Sequence record: MZ868638.1 | Reading direction: 5' to 3' (one strand) | From: Escherichia phage vB_EcoM-pEK20 | Length of the DNA: 64,000 nt | Shown: positions 26,459-35,730 of the stretch, piece by piece | How the letters are laid out: every line of letters starts with the position of its first letter | How positions within the stretch are numbered: position 1 is the stretch's first letter | Program-made: the position numbers and the translations under genes | Notes under the pieces: generated by a model | Told to the model about the DNA's origin: nothing | Database searches by the model: none | What the model saw: the letters and a program-made list of their open reading frames with translations, nothing else

Positions 26459-26466
26459 TATTTATA
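26459..26466 (-). promoter_or_regulatory. late promoter TATAAATA for gene 53 (divergent from the gene 4 promoter)
   Basis: Exact TATAAATA on the minus strand 43 nt upstream of the gene 53 ATG. Confidence 0.65.
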
Positions 26467-26477
26467 AGGAGGACAAC

Positions 26478-26927
26478 ATGGCCTACTCTGGTAAATGGGT
26501 CCCAAAAAATTTAAAAAAATACCGTGGAGACCATACCAAAATAACGTATCGTTCAAACTGGGAAAAATTCTTTTTCGAATGGTTAGATAAAAATCCAGAA
26601 ATTATTGCATGGGGTAGTGAAACAGCAGTAATTCCATATTTTTGTAATGCTGAAGGTAAGAAACGTCGATACTATATGGACATATGGATGAAAGATGCAT
26701 CAGGTCAAGAGTTCTTTGTAGAAATAAAACCAAAGAAAGAAACTCAACCACCTATTAAGCCTGCAAATCTTACGACTGCAGCTAAGAAACGTTATATGAA
26801 TGAAATATATACCTGGTCTGTGAACTGTGACAAATGGAAAGCTGCCTCAGCTGTTGCTGAAAAGAGAAATATAAAATTTCGAGTTCTAACCGAAGATGGT
26901 CTTAGAAAACTCGGATACAAGGGGTAA
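26478..26927 (+). CDS. 4: head completion protein gp4
   Basis: Start at [18 protein letters not shown] (T4 gp4 N-terminus) after AGGAGG; the track ORF is extended upstream. Confidence 0.92.
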   Translation: MAYSGKWVPKNLKKYRGDHTKITYRSNWEKFFFEWLDKNPEIIAWGSETAVIPYFCNAEGKKRRYYMDIWMKDASGQEFFVEIKPKKETQPPIKPANLTTAAKKRYMNEIYTWSVNCDKWKAASAVAEKRNIKFRVLTEDGLRKLGYKG

Positions 26928-26929
26928 TT

Positions 26930-27751
26930 ATGAGCATATTCCAAATTATATCTGAAGGCGTACAAGCCCCTAAGATTGCTCAGTCTATGAATGAAAGAAA
27001 ATGGATTGAGATAGGATTAGAATACAAGAAAGCTAAAGAGAAAGGAATCACTGCAAAAGCATTTGCAGAATCAAAAGGAATAAAATACTCGTCGTTTACA
27101 TCTGCAATGTCTAGATATGCATCATCTATTAAGACTGCACAGAAAATTGAAACGCTTGAATCTAAACCTAAAAATAAACTCAATAAGCAAGAACGTCAAC
27201 TTCTGATGATAAACTCGTTTCGCAGTTCAATACGAGAAAAGATTAGAAATGAAGGCGCAGCAGTAAACAACAAATCATCTAAGTGGTTTGTTGAAACAAT
27301 TAAGAAAAGTGTAAAAGGTCATAAAGTAGTCAAGCCTACGCCAGGCAAAATTTATACTTACGTTTATGATGCTAAACATAAAGATACTCTGCCATACTGG
27401 GACCGATATCCTTTGATTATTTATTTAGGATTAGGTAAACATAATTTGATGTATGGGTTAAACTTGCACTATATCCCACCTAAAGCACGTCAACAGTTTC
27501 TTGAAGAATTGCTGAAGCAATATGCTAGCACAACTACTATTACTAATAACACAAAGTTGAAGATAGACTGGAGCAAGGTGAAAGGATTTCAAGGTGCTGA
27601 CAAAATGATTAAAGCATACCTGCCAGGCCACATTAGAGGAACAATAACAGAAATAGCTCCTAAAGACTGGGCTAACATAATCATGTTACCTACTCAGCAG
27701 TTTATGTCAAAAGGAAAACGTTTCTCTGCGAATACTGTTTGGAAATCTTAA
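26930..27751 (+). CDS. 2: DNA end protector protein gp2
   Basis: 273 aa; T4 gp2 length and order. Confidence 0.9.
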   Translation: MSIFQIISEGVQAPKIAQSMNERKWIEIGLEYKKAKEKGITAKAFAESKGIKYSSFTSAMSRYASSIKTAQKIETLESKPKNKLNKQERQLLMINSFRSSIREKIRNEGAAVNNKSSKWFVETIKKSVKGHKVVKPTPGKIYTYVYDAKHKDTLPYWDRYPLIIYLGLGKHNLMYGLNLHYIPPKARQQFLEELLKQYASTTTITNNTKLKIDWSKVKGFQGADKMIKAYLPGHIRGTITEIAPKDWANIIMLPTQQFMSKGKRFSANTVWKS

Positions 27752-27853
27752 TTCTATTCTCTTCCGTTCTTCTGATATTCCGTTGAACCAGATTAATGGA
27801 AGAGACCTAAAACCATTATACTGCATTTTTATTAAAGCGTTTTTGAGGTGCTT

Positions 27854-28438
27854 ATGACTCGTCCAACGAGACAGATTTTTAACCAAACAAATATAACAAA
27901 CTTTGTTGTGGATATCCCAGATAGTACACGAACTTCAGGTTTTGTGCTCAATGCCCAAACGGCTCCATTGCCAGGTGTGAGAATTCCTGTTGTTGAAACT
28001 GTGACAGGCACAATGGGGCTAGGACGTGCAATGCGTGCAGGCACCACATTTGAATATGACCCTTTTATTGTACGATTTATAGTTGATGAAGACATGACGT
28101 CCTGGATGAACATGTATAAATGGATGCTCAGCACTAATAACTATATAACCGGCCATAATACGGCCCACTCTGATGGTCCTGAGTTTGTTACTTTGCACAT
28201 TTTAAACAACAATAAGACCGAAGTAGTTTTGACGGCAAATTTCTATAAACCATGGATTTCCGATTTGAGTGAAATTGAATTTAGTTACACTGAAGACTCT
28301 GACCCTGCCGTTACTTGCGTAGCAACTATTCATTACGCGTATATGACGATAGAAAAAGATGGCGAAGTCATTGTATCTCAACAACCACGTCAAGCAGTCG
28401 AATCTAAATCCATTTCTAGACACCCTTCCTTGCGTTAA
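27854..28438 (+). CDS. 3: tail completion and sheath stabilizer protein gp3
   Basis: ATG at 27854 after GAGGTG; position between 2 and 1; about 18 aa longer than T4 gp3, so the C-terminal end is less certain. Confidence 0.8.
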   Translation: MTRPTRQIFNQTNITNFVVDIPDSTRTSGFVLNAQTAPLPGVRIPVVETVTGTMGLGRAMRAGTTFEYDPFIVRFIVDEDMTSWMNMYKWMLSTNNYITGHNTAHSDGPEFVTLHILNNNKTEVVLTANFYKPWISDLSEIEFSYTEDSDPAVTCVATIHYAYMTIEKDGEVIVSQQPRQAVESKSISRHPSLR

Positions 28439-28491
28439 TCGCTTCTAGCTCCGTATGTTATAATCACTCATAAATTATATGAGGAAAACCT

Positions 28492-29226
28492 ATGGAGCTA
28501 ATCTTTTTAAGCGGCATCAAACGTAGTGGTAAAGACACCACTGCCGATTACATCAATTCAAACTTTAAATCCGTAAAATACCAATTGGCATATCCGATTA
28601 AAGACGCTCTAGCAATAGCCTGGGGACGTAGGCATGCTGAAAACCCTGATGTATTCACAGAGTTGAAATACGAATACTTTGAAGGCATTGGATACGACCG
28701 TGAAACACCATTAAATCTCAATAAGTTGGATGTTATTGAATTATTGGAAGAAGCGCTAATTTATTTACAAAGTCAATATTTACCAATTAATAACGTTAAA
28801 GTATTATCATCATTAGAAGGTGGGTATTCATATCTAGATATTAAACCATATGAAGCCCTGCGTGAAGCTATAAATAATATCAACGACACATGGTCAATCC
28901 GCCGTCTTATGCAAGCCCTCGGTACGGATGTTGTCGTTAATTTATTTGACCGTATGTATTGGGTTAAACTTTTTGCATTAAACTATATGGATTATATTGG
29001 AAGTGATTTCGATTACTATGTTGTAACCGATACACGCCAAGTCCATGAAATGGAAACCGCTAGAGCGATGGGTGCTACAGTTATTCATGTGGTTCGCTCT
29101 GGTACGGAATCCACTGATAAACATATTACAGAAGCTGGGTTGCCTATTGAAGAAGGCGATTTAGTTATTACAAACGACGGCTCTTTAGAAGAGCTTTATT
29201 CTAAAATTGAAACAATCTTAAGGTAA
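28492..29226 (+). CDS. 1: deoxynucleoside monophosphate kinase (gene 1)
   Basis: 244 aa; P-loop LSGIKRSGKDT; strong match to remembered T4 gp1. Confidence 0.93.
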   Translation: MELIFLSGIKRSGKDTTADYINSNFKSVKYQLAYPIKDALAIAWGRRHAENPDVFTELKYEYFEGIGYDRETPLNLNKLDVIELLEEALIYLQSQYLPINNVKVLSSLEGGYSYLDIKPYEALREAINNINDTWSIRRLMQALGTDVVVNLFDRMYWVKLFALNYMDYIGSDFDYYVVTDTRQVHEMETARAMGATVIHVVRSGTESTDKHITEAGLPIEEGDLVITNDGSLEELYSKIETILR

Positions 29227-29230
29227 TAAA

Positions 29231-29916
<686 letters not shown>

Positions 29917-29929
29917 TTTTCACAAAACA

Positions 29930-29959
29930 GTTTACATAAGGATGATGGTGTGTTACTAT
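29930..29959 (+). promoter_or_regulatory. early promoter (GTTTAC -35, TACTAT -10) upstream of ipI
   Basis: GTTTAC-N18-TACTAT; spacer contains the inverted repeat AGGATGATGG/CTATCATCCT. Confidence 0.6.
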
Positions 29960-29993
29960 CATCCTATCAAATAAACAACCTCAAGGAAATAAA

Positions 29994-30281
29994 ATGAAAA
30001 CCTATAAAGAATTTATATCACCTGTTGCTAACGTTTCTACTCTGACTGAAGCAACCCTTACTTCCGAAGTTATTAAAGCAAACAAAGGCCGTGAGGGTAA
30101 ACCAATGATTAGTCTAGCTGACGGCGAAGAAGTAAAAGGTACTGTTTACTTAGGAGACGGGTGGTCCGCTAAGAAAGATGGCGCTACTATTGTTATCTCT
30201 CCGGCTGAAGAGACTGCACTGTTTAAAGCTAAGCACATTTCTGTAGCTCAGCTTAAAATTATTGCAAAAACTCTTCTGTAA
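29994..30281 (+). CDS. ipI: internal protein I (capsid-packaged, injected; anti-restriction in T4)
   Basis: 95 aa; N-terminal capsid targeting sequence MKTYKEFI...TLTE with a gp21-type L-x-E cleavage site; position next to 57B as in T4. Confidence 0.8.
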   Translation: MKTYKEFISPVANVSTLTEATLTSEVIKANKGREGKPMISLADGEEVKGTVYLGDGWSAKKDGATIVISPAEETALFKAKHISVAQLKIIAKTLL

Positions 30282-30284
30282 GTA

Positions 30285-30314
30285 GTTTACACGCTGATAG
30301 GACTATGTTATAGT
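30285..30314 (+). promoter_or_regulatory. early promoter with palindrome GATAGGACTA...TAGTCCTATC around the -10
   Basis: GTTTAC-N18-TATAGT preceded by TG; 10-bp perfect inverted repeat flanks the -10. Confidence 0.6.
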
Positions 30315-30352
30315 AGTCCTATCAAAACAAAATGAGTAAATGGAGAAATAAA

Positions 30353-30538
30353 ATGAAACGCGCTGAACTGATTCGTAATGTTGCTGTAGTAATTGCTTCA
30401 ATGGCTTTTAGTTTTTCGATGTTTGTAGGATTCATTTGTGGACTACTGACAACAACAGAAAATTCTATCTCATTGGTAGTAGCATTTCTAATCGGCTTAA
30501 TCGCTATCGTTATGGATAAAATTGCAAAAGGTGAGTAA
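30353..30538 (+). CDS. small membrane protein (two predicted transmembrane helices), unknown function
   Basis: ATG at 30353 after GGAG; hydrophobic stretches VAVVIASMAFSFSMFVGFICGLL and SLVVAFLIGLIAIV. Confidence 0.6.
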   Translation: MKRAELIRNVAVVIASMAFSFSMFVGFICGLLTTTENSISLVVAFLIGLIAIVMDKIAKGE

Positions 30539-30539
30539 A

Positions 30540-30902
30540 ATGAAATATCACGTATATGCGGATTTTGAAGCAAATCCTTCTAAAGACCCTGATTGTCGTT
30601 TGATACGCAGACCATTTGATTCAGCAGCTCAAGCATGGGCTTGGATTAAATCTAAATCGCCTGGTTATATGTTCTTTGAAGTAGTCGATGACAATGGTAC
30701 ACTGCATCCGGCCCCTACAGAAACTATTAATTTCCTTCTGTTTGCCGGTTACGACTGTTATCCTCTTGGCGGTATTGACGACCTTGTTGCTACAGGAAAA
30801 ACTGTTGAGGCTCTTCGCGAAATTTGTAAAAACGCAGAAGAAAATTTTGACTGGTATCATATTGTTGATGCTCATACCTTTGAAATGGTGGAACATTCAT
30901 GA
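30540..30902 (+). CDS. hypothetical protein (120 aa)
   Basis: ORF with ATG after AAGGTGAG; coding-like composition; no recognisable motif. Confidence 0.6.
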   Translation: MKYHVYADFEANPSKDPDCRLIRRPFDSAAQAWAWIKSKSPGYMFFEVVDDNGTLHPAPTETINFLLFAGYDCYPLGGIDDLVATGKTVEALREICKNAEENFDWYHIVDAHTFEMVEHS

Positions 30903-31189
30903 TTCTTTATGCTAAGGTAAAATCCGTTGAGAACGGATATGAAAGCGACCGAGCTGCAGCTAAAGCACTAGTCGATTACTATGGTATTTTGACCCACTTT
31001 GAAGTTGAAAAGGTTTACGTCGACCGTTCATCTTCACAGGTTAAATTACTTTGGGAAGACCGCAAATTTAATAGTGTGAACTTTGATTTCTTTATTGAAA
31101 CAGAAAAAGGTCCTCTTGAATACGATATTTTCAAGAATCCTTTGAAATTATGTTGCATTGAATATAATTACATTAATATGGTACGGTGA
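30899..31189 (+). CDS. hypothetical protein (96 aa)
   Basis: ORF with ATGA overlap to the upstream gene. Confidence 0.55.
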   Translation: MILYAKVKSVENGYESDRAAAKALVDYYGILTHFEVEKVYVDRSSSQVKLLWEDRKFNSVNFDFFIETEKGPLEYDIFKNPLKLCCIEYNYINMVR

Positions 31190-31193
31190 GTAA

Positions 31194-31709
31194 ATGAATA
31201 TTTGTTTAGGCAGTACAATTCCTAAAGGTTACGTAATTGATGTCACTACTTGGGAAAATGACGGCGACAACTATAAAACCAAAACATTATTTGGTGTAGA
31301 AGAGCATGAGCTCCAACAGTTTAAATATCTCTTGAAGAAATTTAAGAGTCGTCATTCTAGCACTAAAGCTGAACGTTACTGTGGTAATACACCATTCAGT
31401 GATTGCTCGCTTTTAATCTATGAATACTTGGTTGAAGGACTGTTCTCAGACCAGCTTTATCCAGAATTCATTAAAAAGGTCTTTGATATTGAAGTCGACC
31501 TTGGTAATAAATCTGAAGAAGACGAATCGCGTGTATTCGACCTGTTCTTTGTGAAAGGCGATGAGATATCCCAAGGCCTTATTGATATTCTTGGCTATGC
31601 TTCTGAATACTACGACTATGATTTCTTGCGTGTAGTTGAACGTGTTGAATTCGCTTATATTGAAGAAGAAATTGTTTTGCCGACTGTTAAAATGATTGAT
31701 TTGCTTTAA
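31194..31709 (+). CDS. hypothetical protein (171 aa), acidic C-terminal half
   Basis: ORF tightly following the previous gene; no recognisable motif. Confidence 0.6.
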   Translation: MNICLGSTIPKGYVIDVTTWENDGDNYKTKTLFGVEEHELQQFKYLLKKFKSRHSSTKAERYCGNTPFSDCSLLIYEYLVEGLFSDQLYPEFIKKVFDIEVDLGNKSEEDESRVFDLFFVKGDEISQGLIDILGYASEYYDYDFLRVVERVEFAYIEEEIVLPTVKMIDLL

Positions 31710-31788
31710 GAATTATGTGTTATTATTAATTCATACCCTCTATTACCAAAGGTGCTCTAAAGTGCCTTTCATAATAGAAAGTTATTTA

Positions 31789-31863
31789 GGCCCTGTAGCT
31801 CAATGGGAGAGCTGTCAGCTCATAACTGATAGGTAGCTGGATCGAAACCAGCCAGGGTCACCA
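31789..31863 (+). tRNA. tRNA with CAU anticodon (Met or lysidine-modified Ile type), CCA encoded
   Basis: Hand-folded cloverleaf: acceptor GGCCCTG/CAGGGTC, D-arm GCTC-AATGGGA-GAGC, anticodon arm GTCAG-CTCATAA-CTGAT, T-arm GCTGG-ATCGAAA-CCAGC. Confidence 0.75.
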
Positions 31864-31866
31864 ATC

Positions 31867-31943
<77 letters not shown>

Positions 31944-31961
31944 ACTTTAAGTGAGGAAAAT

Positions 31962-32306
31962 ATGAAAGGCAATATTTATCTGGTAGTTCATGACTTAACG
32001 TTTTATTTTAACGAACGTGAAACAGTTATTTCCGATAGGTTAATTAATTCGCTGTATCAGCATGCTGATTATGTCTATTTTCAAAATGAATTCGGACATT
32101 GGAAGTTTCTTAAAAACCGTTCCGGGTTAACTAGTTTTGAATACTTTGACCGTAAAGACCTTTTAAACGAAATTCCATTACAACATAGGTTCCAGAAACG
32201 CGAATCACTATACTATTGTCGTCATATACCAAATGCTGAATGTGTTGATGAAGTAATTAATCTATGGCGTAGACGTAGAGAACAAATTGATGATATGTCA
32301 AAATAA
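31962..32306 (+). CDS. hypothetical protein (114 aa) downstream of the tRNA pair
   Basis: ATG at 31962 after GAGG; the track ORF start at 31914 would overlap tRNA-Arg. Confidence 0.6.
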   Translation: MKGNIYLVVHDLTFYFNERETVISDRLINSLYQHADYVYFQNEFGHWKFLKNRSGLTSFEYFDRKDLLNEIPLQHRFQKRESLYYCRHIPNAECVDEVINLWRRRREQIDDMSK

Positions 32307-32608
32307 GAAGCCGGGTCGCTACCGGCAAGTCGTCGGACTGATGTTCCCTGAGTAAGGACTGGTCTTAATAAATCTTTATGATTTGTTAATATCCCCTTAC
32401 ATCACAGCAGAAACGGCGCAAAGAATTATCGATTCGAGGAAATATCTTTGCCGTAAGCCGAGTAGCGTTTTTGACGGAACGTTCGGATATGGTCGAGATA
32501 TGGCCTTTTAAAAATATTGAGTAGCGTCAACTGCTTAATAACCGGGTTCGAATCCCGGCGTTTCGTACAAACACTTGCCTTAGTAGGTGGAAACCCCGAC
32601 AAGGTATA
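32307..32608 (+). ncRNA. ORF-free structured region, possible small stable RNA(s) with a tRNA-like T-arm
   Basis: About 300 nt with no ORF; CCGGG-TTCGAAT-CCCGG T-arm-like element at 32542-32558; repeated GAGTAGCG motif; ends at an intrinsic terminator. Confidence 0.4.
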
Positions 32609-32609
32609 T

Positions 32610-32638
32610 AGCCCCTTCCGAAAGGTTGGGGCTTTTTT
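32610..32638 (+). terminator. rho-independent terminator (AGCCCC...GGGGCU + U6)
   Basis: GC stem with inner CC-GAAA-GG, followed by TTTTTT. Confidence 0.8.
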
Positions 32639-32639
32639 G

Positions 32640-32647
32640 TATAAATA
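32640..32647 (+). promoter_or_regulatory. late promoter TATAAATA upstream of the 208-aa internal-protein-like gene
   Basis: Exact TATAAATA 35 nt upstream of the ATG at 32683. Confidence 0.65.
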
Positions 32648-32682
32648 TAGTAAACAATAAACCTACTTTCTAAGGACCATCA

Positions 32683-33309
32683 ATGTATACTTTTAATGAA
32701 TTTTTAGCCGAAACGGAAGTAATCACCGAAGCCGGTGTACGTATGACAAAAGAGAAATGGCAAGCTGCTTACGATGCTATTTCTGGTACAAAAACTAGTA
32801 CAGAGTTTTTCAAAAACGTTCAAGCCATGTATGGTATCGACACTTCCAGCCAAAAAGAATATTACAGAGCTTCTAAAGCATTCAAAGATATTGTTAGTGG
32901 CGGTGTTTCTGCTAAATCGGGTTCGCCTAAAGTAAAACCTGCTCCTACCGTTCCTAAACCTGCGACCCCTAAAGCAATAGCAAAACCTGAGCCTAAGCCG
33001 GAAGTAAAAGCAACTCCTAAAGCTCCTGCTCTTAAGTTTGATACTTCTAGCCTGGAAAAAAAATATAAACAACTATCTTCGCTTGTTCGTGATATTGAAT
33101 CCGATACATCTTCACTCGTTCGTGAATTCAACAGTCTTCGTAATGGCCAACATATCAACAACCTTGATACCCCAGACCTTTATCGTCTTTATTTGACTAT
33201 CGAAGGTTTGAAGTATACTCAACCACTTCACGATGCGATTAAAGAAAAACTTCGTCAGGCAGGTCGTTTGGCTGCTGACGCTGCTCAGTATGCAAAAACT
33301 CGTAAGTAA
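32683..33309 (+). CDS. internal-protein-like protein with capsid targeting sequence (208 aa)
   Basis: N-terminus MYTFNEFLAETEVITEA resembles the T4 CTS (MKTYQEFIAE) with L-x-E/I-x-E sites; Pro/Lys/Ala-rich linker; late promoter upstream. Confidence 0.65.
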   Translation: MYTFNEFLAETEVITEAGVRMTKEKWQAAYDAISGTKTSTEFFKNVQAMYGIDTSSQKEYYRASKAFKDIVSGGVSAKSGSPKVKPAPTVPKPATPKAIAKPEPKPEVKATPKAPALKFDTSSLEKKYKQLSSLVRDIESDTSSLVREFNSLRNGQHINNLDTPDLYRLYLTIEGLKYTQPLHDAIKEKLRQAGRLAADAAQYAKTRK

Positions 33310-33312
33310 AGA

Positions 33313-33332
33313 ATGGGGACTTCGGTCCCCAT
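33313..33332 (+). other. UUCG-tetraloop hairpin (AUGGGGAC-UUCG-GUCCCCAU) followed by UAGGGGGU
   Basis: 8-bp perfect stem immediately after the stop of the 208-aa gene; no U-tract. Confidence 0.55.
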
Positions 33333-33361
33333 TAGGGGGTCTATAACTTACTGAAAAAGTT

Positions 33362-33390
33362 GTTTACTTCTTCCCTAGATGTGTTACTAT
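33362..33390 (+). promoter_or_regulatory. early promoter GTTTAC-N17-TACTAT
   Basis: Matches the repeated early-promoter pattern in this window. Confidence 0.55.
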
Positions 33391-33418
33391 AGACCTATAA
33401 AAACATGAGGAAAATGTT

Positions 33419-33922
33419 ATGAGTCTTTATACCGAACTGAATAAAAAATCTGAAGAATCTGCTGAAACTATTTTTAAAAACGTGCAAAAGCGTATTTTAG
33501 AAAAGATGTATAACACTGCAGCTAAAGGTGAAAAATCTTGCCGGTTTCCGATGAGGTGTTCTTCTGATTTATGCGCAAATACTATTGAATGGCTGGAAAG
33601 TGAAGGTCTTACGGTAGAGAAAAACCCGGCGACTTCTATTGACAGCGAATCATATATTAGTATTTCTTGGGATAAATCAAGGGTAGAAGAGAAAGATGGT
33701 GATTGGGTTGTAGATGTTAAAACTTCTGATGGTGGACGTTCTGTTGAAGTTTCAGCTGTAGTTAAAGGTACCCACGAACAAAGGACTTGGGGTTGGGGTG
33801 GTGAAGAAAAAGAAATTGTTCTTAGTGTGATTGCCAGGTCAACCAGTAATAAAATTGCACAAAGCATCATTGACGCTGCAATTGCTGAAGCAGAAAAAAT
33901 TTGCAAAATTAAAAATAAATGA
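33419..33922 (+). CDS. hypothetical protein (167 aa)
   Basis: ORF with GAGG ribosome binding site downstream of an early promoter. Confidence 0.6.
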   Translation: MSLYTELNKKSEESAETIFKNVQKRILEKMYNTAAKGEKSCRFPMRCSSDLCANTIEWLESEGLTVEKNPATSIDSESYISISWDKSRVEEKDGDWVVDVKTSDGGRSVEVSAVVKGTHEQRTWGWGGEEKEIVLSVIARSTSNKIAQSIIDAAIAEAEKICKIKNK

Positions 33923-33981
33923 TGTACAAACGCCAAGGACGGTGTTACTATAGACTTATCAACTACAGAGGAGTAAACAAA

Positions 33982-34146
33982 ATGACTACTTTAATTATTT
34001 GGTTTGACGAAAATGAAGAAACATACTGTGTGAACATTGGCGAAAGCCCAATGCCTGAATTTGAATCCTCAGATAAAAACTCTGTTGTATCTTGGGCTGA
34101 AGGTTATAAAGCAGCTAAAGGTGACGTTGAAATAATTTACATCTAA
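33982..34146 (+). CDS. hypothetical small protein (54 aa)
   Basis: ATG at 33982 after GAGGAG; preceded by a TGTACA-type promoter. Confidence 0.5.
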   Translation: MTTLIIWFDENEETYCVNIGESPMPEFESSDKNSVVSWAEGYKAAKGDVEIIYI

Positions 34147-34164
34147 GTAAGTTTATGTTATAGT
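34135..34164 (+). promoter_or_regulatory. early promoter ATTTAC-N18-TATAGT with TAGTCCTATC element
   Basis: -35-like ATTTAC, TGTTATAGT extended -10. Confidence 0.5.
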
Positions 34165-34192
34165 AGTCCTATCAAATCAAGAGGAAAACAAA

Positions 34193-34420
34193 ATGGCTAA
34201 AGTTAGTATTGATGTCGTTGATTATGAATACACCGAAGAAGTTATTCGCAACCGACACCCTGAAGTTCGTATCGATTCAGTCCAAGATTCCAAGTTCTGG
34301 ACAACTGAGCTTAATCTGAGCGGTCCTTATGAAGTTGTTAAGAAGTTCATGGTTGAAGAATACTGCGAAGGCATGCACCCGGAAGACGCCGAGTTTTATG
34401 TCAATTTGATTAAAAAATAA
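34193..34420 (+). CDS. hypothetical small protein (75 aa)
   Basis: ORF after GAGGAAAA ribosome binding site. Confidence 0.55.
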   Translation: MAKVSIDVVDYEYTEEVIRNRHPEVRIDSVQDSKFWTTELNLSGPYEVVKKFMVEEYCEGMHPEDAEFYVNLIKK

Positions 34421-34449
34421 TTTACAAACTCTTGAGAGCAGAGTATAAT
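34420..34449 (+). promoter_or_regulatory. early promoter ATTTAC-N18-TATAAT
   Basis: Canonical TATAAT; GAGAGC/GCTCTC inverted repeat around the -10. Confidence 0.55.
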
Positions 34450-34490
34450 GCTCTCGTTGGATAATAAACCACCAATTGAAAGGTAATAAT

Positions 34491-35084
34491 ATGAACACAC
34501 TGAAGAAACTTGTTGAATTCATCCGCACTAAACTGGGTACTGCTATGGCTAAAAATCTGACTGTCGAAGAACAGTATAACGCAGCTGCAGATAAGTTGAT
34601 TACCCAAATCAAAGAACTAAAAACGGCTTCTGTTAAATCTATTAATGAAGAAAAACGTATTCGCGAACTTGTTATTGAAAAGAATAAGCAAGCCGCTTCT
34701 AAGGAACGTGAAATTCGTAAGCTCCTGGCTGAAGGACAAGATGTTACCATGCATGCTAAGCTTGGTCTTCTGTATCGTCGAACTGCCGAACAACTTAATA
34801 CAAAAGCTGACGGGTATGCCGCTATGCGAATTGAAATTGCTCGTAAGGTTGTTGAACTTGACGATGCTCGTCAGAATCTGGCAATCAAACTCGAATACAT
34901 TCGTGAAACTCGAGCAGCTAATGCCCTTGGTATCTCTACGGCTGATGATGTAATTGAAATCGCTGCACTGACTAAGGTTGATATCGAAGACACTCTGACT
35001 CGTGTTGAAACGTTCAATGGTACTCCAGCTGGTGTCGAAACCACTTCTGCTGATGTACAAGAATATATTAACTCTTTGAAATAA
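34491..35084 (+). CDS. PspA/IM30-like coiled-coil protein
   Basis: 197 aa, almost entirely helical heptad-like sequence with PspA-like layout (judged by eye); ATG at 34491, the track ORF starts at an upstream TTG. Confidence 0.5.
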   Translation: MNTLKKLVEFIRTKLGTAMAKNLTVEEQYNAAADKLITQIKELKTASVKSINEEKRIRELVIEKNKQAASKEREIRKLLAEGQDVTMHAKLGLLYRRTAEQLNTKADGYAAMRIEIARKVVELDDARQNLAIKLEYIRETRAANALGISTADDVIEIAALTKVDIEDTLTRVETFNGTPAGVETTSADVQEYINSLK

Positions 35085-35092
35085 AATAATAC

Positions 35093-35114
35093 GGAGGACT
35101 CCGGTCCTCCTTTT
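35093..35114 (+). terminator. rho-independent terminator (GGAGGAC-UCCG-GUCCUCC + UUUU)
   Basis: 7-bp perfect stem, tetraloop, then T-run; directly after the stop at 35084. Confidence 0.75.
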
Positions 35115-35133
35115 GGATAATAAAGGAGTTAAC

Positions 35134-35730
35134 ATGCGAAACCAAAATAATGATATTGACTCAATGTTCGAAGAGTTCCGAGATAAGGTAAATCCACCTA
35201 CGTCTTTAGTTGATTCATTACGATATGTTGCAACTGGACGTAAATGGTACTGGTCGTCTTCTTATGAGACAACTGAATATGCAAATAACCGAAAATCTTT
35301 ATTAGCCCCAGGTATTATGATTCATGATATCGGAGCTATTGCTAAACTAGTTGCAGACCATGATATTAGATTCACTGATTTCGTTGCTCCTACGTGGTCT
35401 GTTTGTTGTTTAAACACTGAATGGGACTATATCAGTGAACGTTCAGATGATTACATAGGCTTTAGAGACAAGCTTTTAAGGTCTAACATGTTTTATATTG
35501 ATACAGAAGTTCTGGTCAATAATAAAAAATACTACTTCACTTTAATCGTCGATTCTGAAACTATGTATGAAGGCAAGCCTTTGCTTAAAAGAGTTGATGC
35601 TTTAAGTGCTATTGATGCGCTTTATGAAACCATGGTTGTTAGTCCTAATTTCACTAACAATTTAATCCTTGAGCAATTTATTATGGAATGTAGAGAATAT
35701 GTCAAAGCCAACCCTATACATGCCAAGTAA
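35134..35730 (+). CDS. hypothetical protein (198 aa)
   Basis: ATG after AAGGAG; no recognisable motif. Confidence 0.6.
   Translation: MRNQNNDIDSMFEEFRDKVNPPTSLVDSLRYVATGRKWYWSSSYETTEYANNRKSLLAPGIMIHDIGAIAKLVADHDIRFTDFVAPTWSVCCLNTEWDYISERSDDYIGFRDKLLRSNMFYIDTEVLVNNKKYYFTLIVDSETMYEGKPLLKRVDALSAIDALYETMVVSPNFTNNLILEQFIMECREYVKANPIHAK

Noticed and set aside
32520-32566. Complete tRNA built on the T-arm-like element at 32542-32558
   Set aside because: I could not assemble a convincing anticodon arm and D-arm by hand, and there is no encoded CCA; kept only as part of the structured noncoding region.
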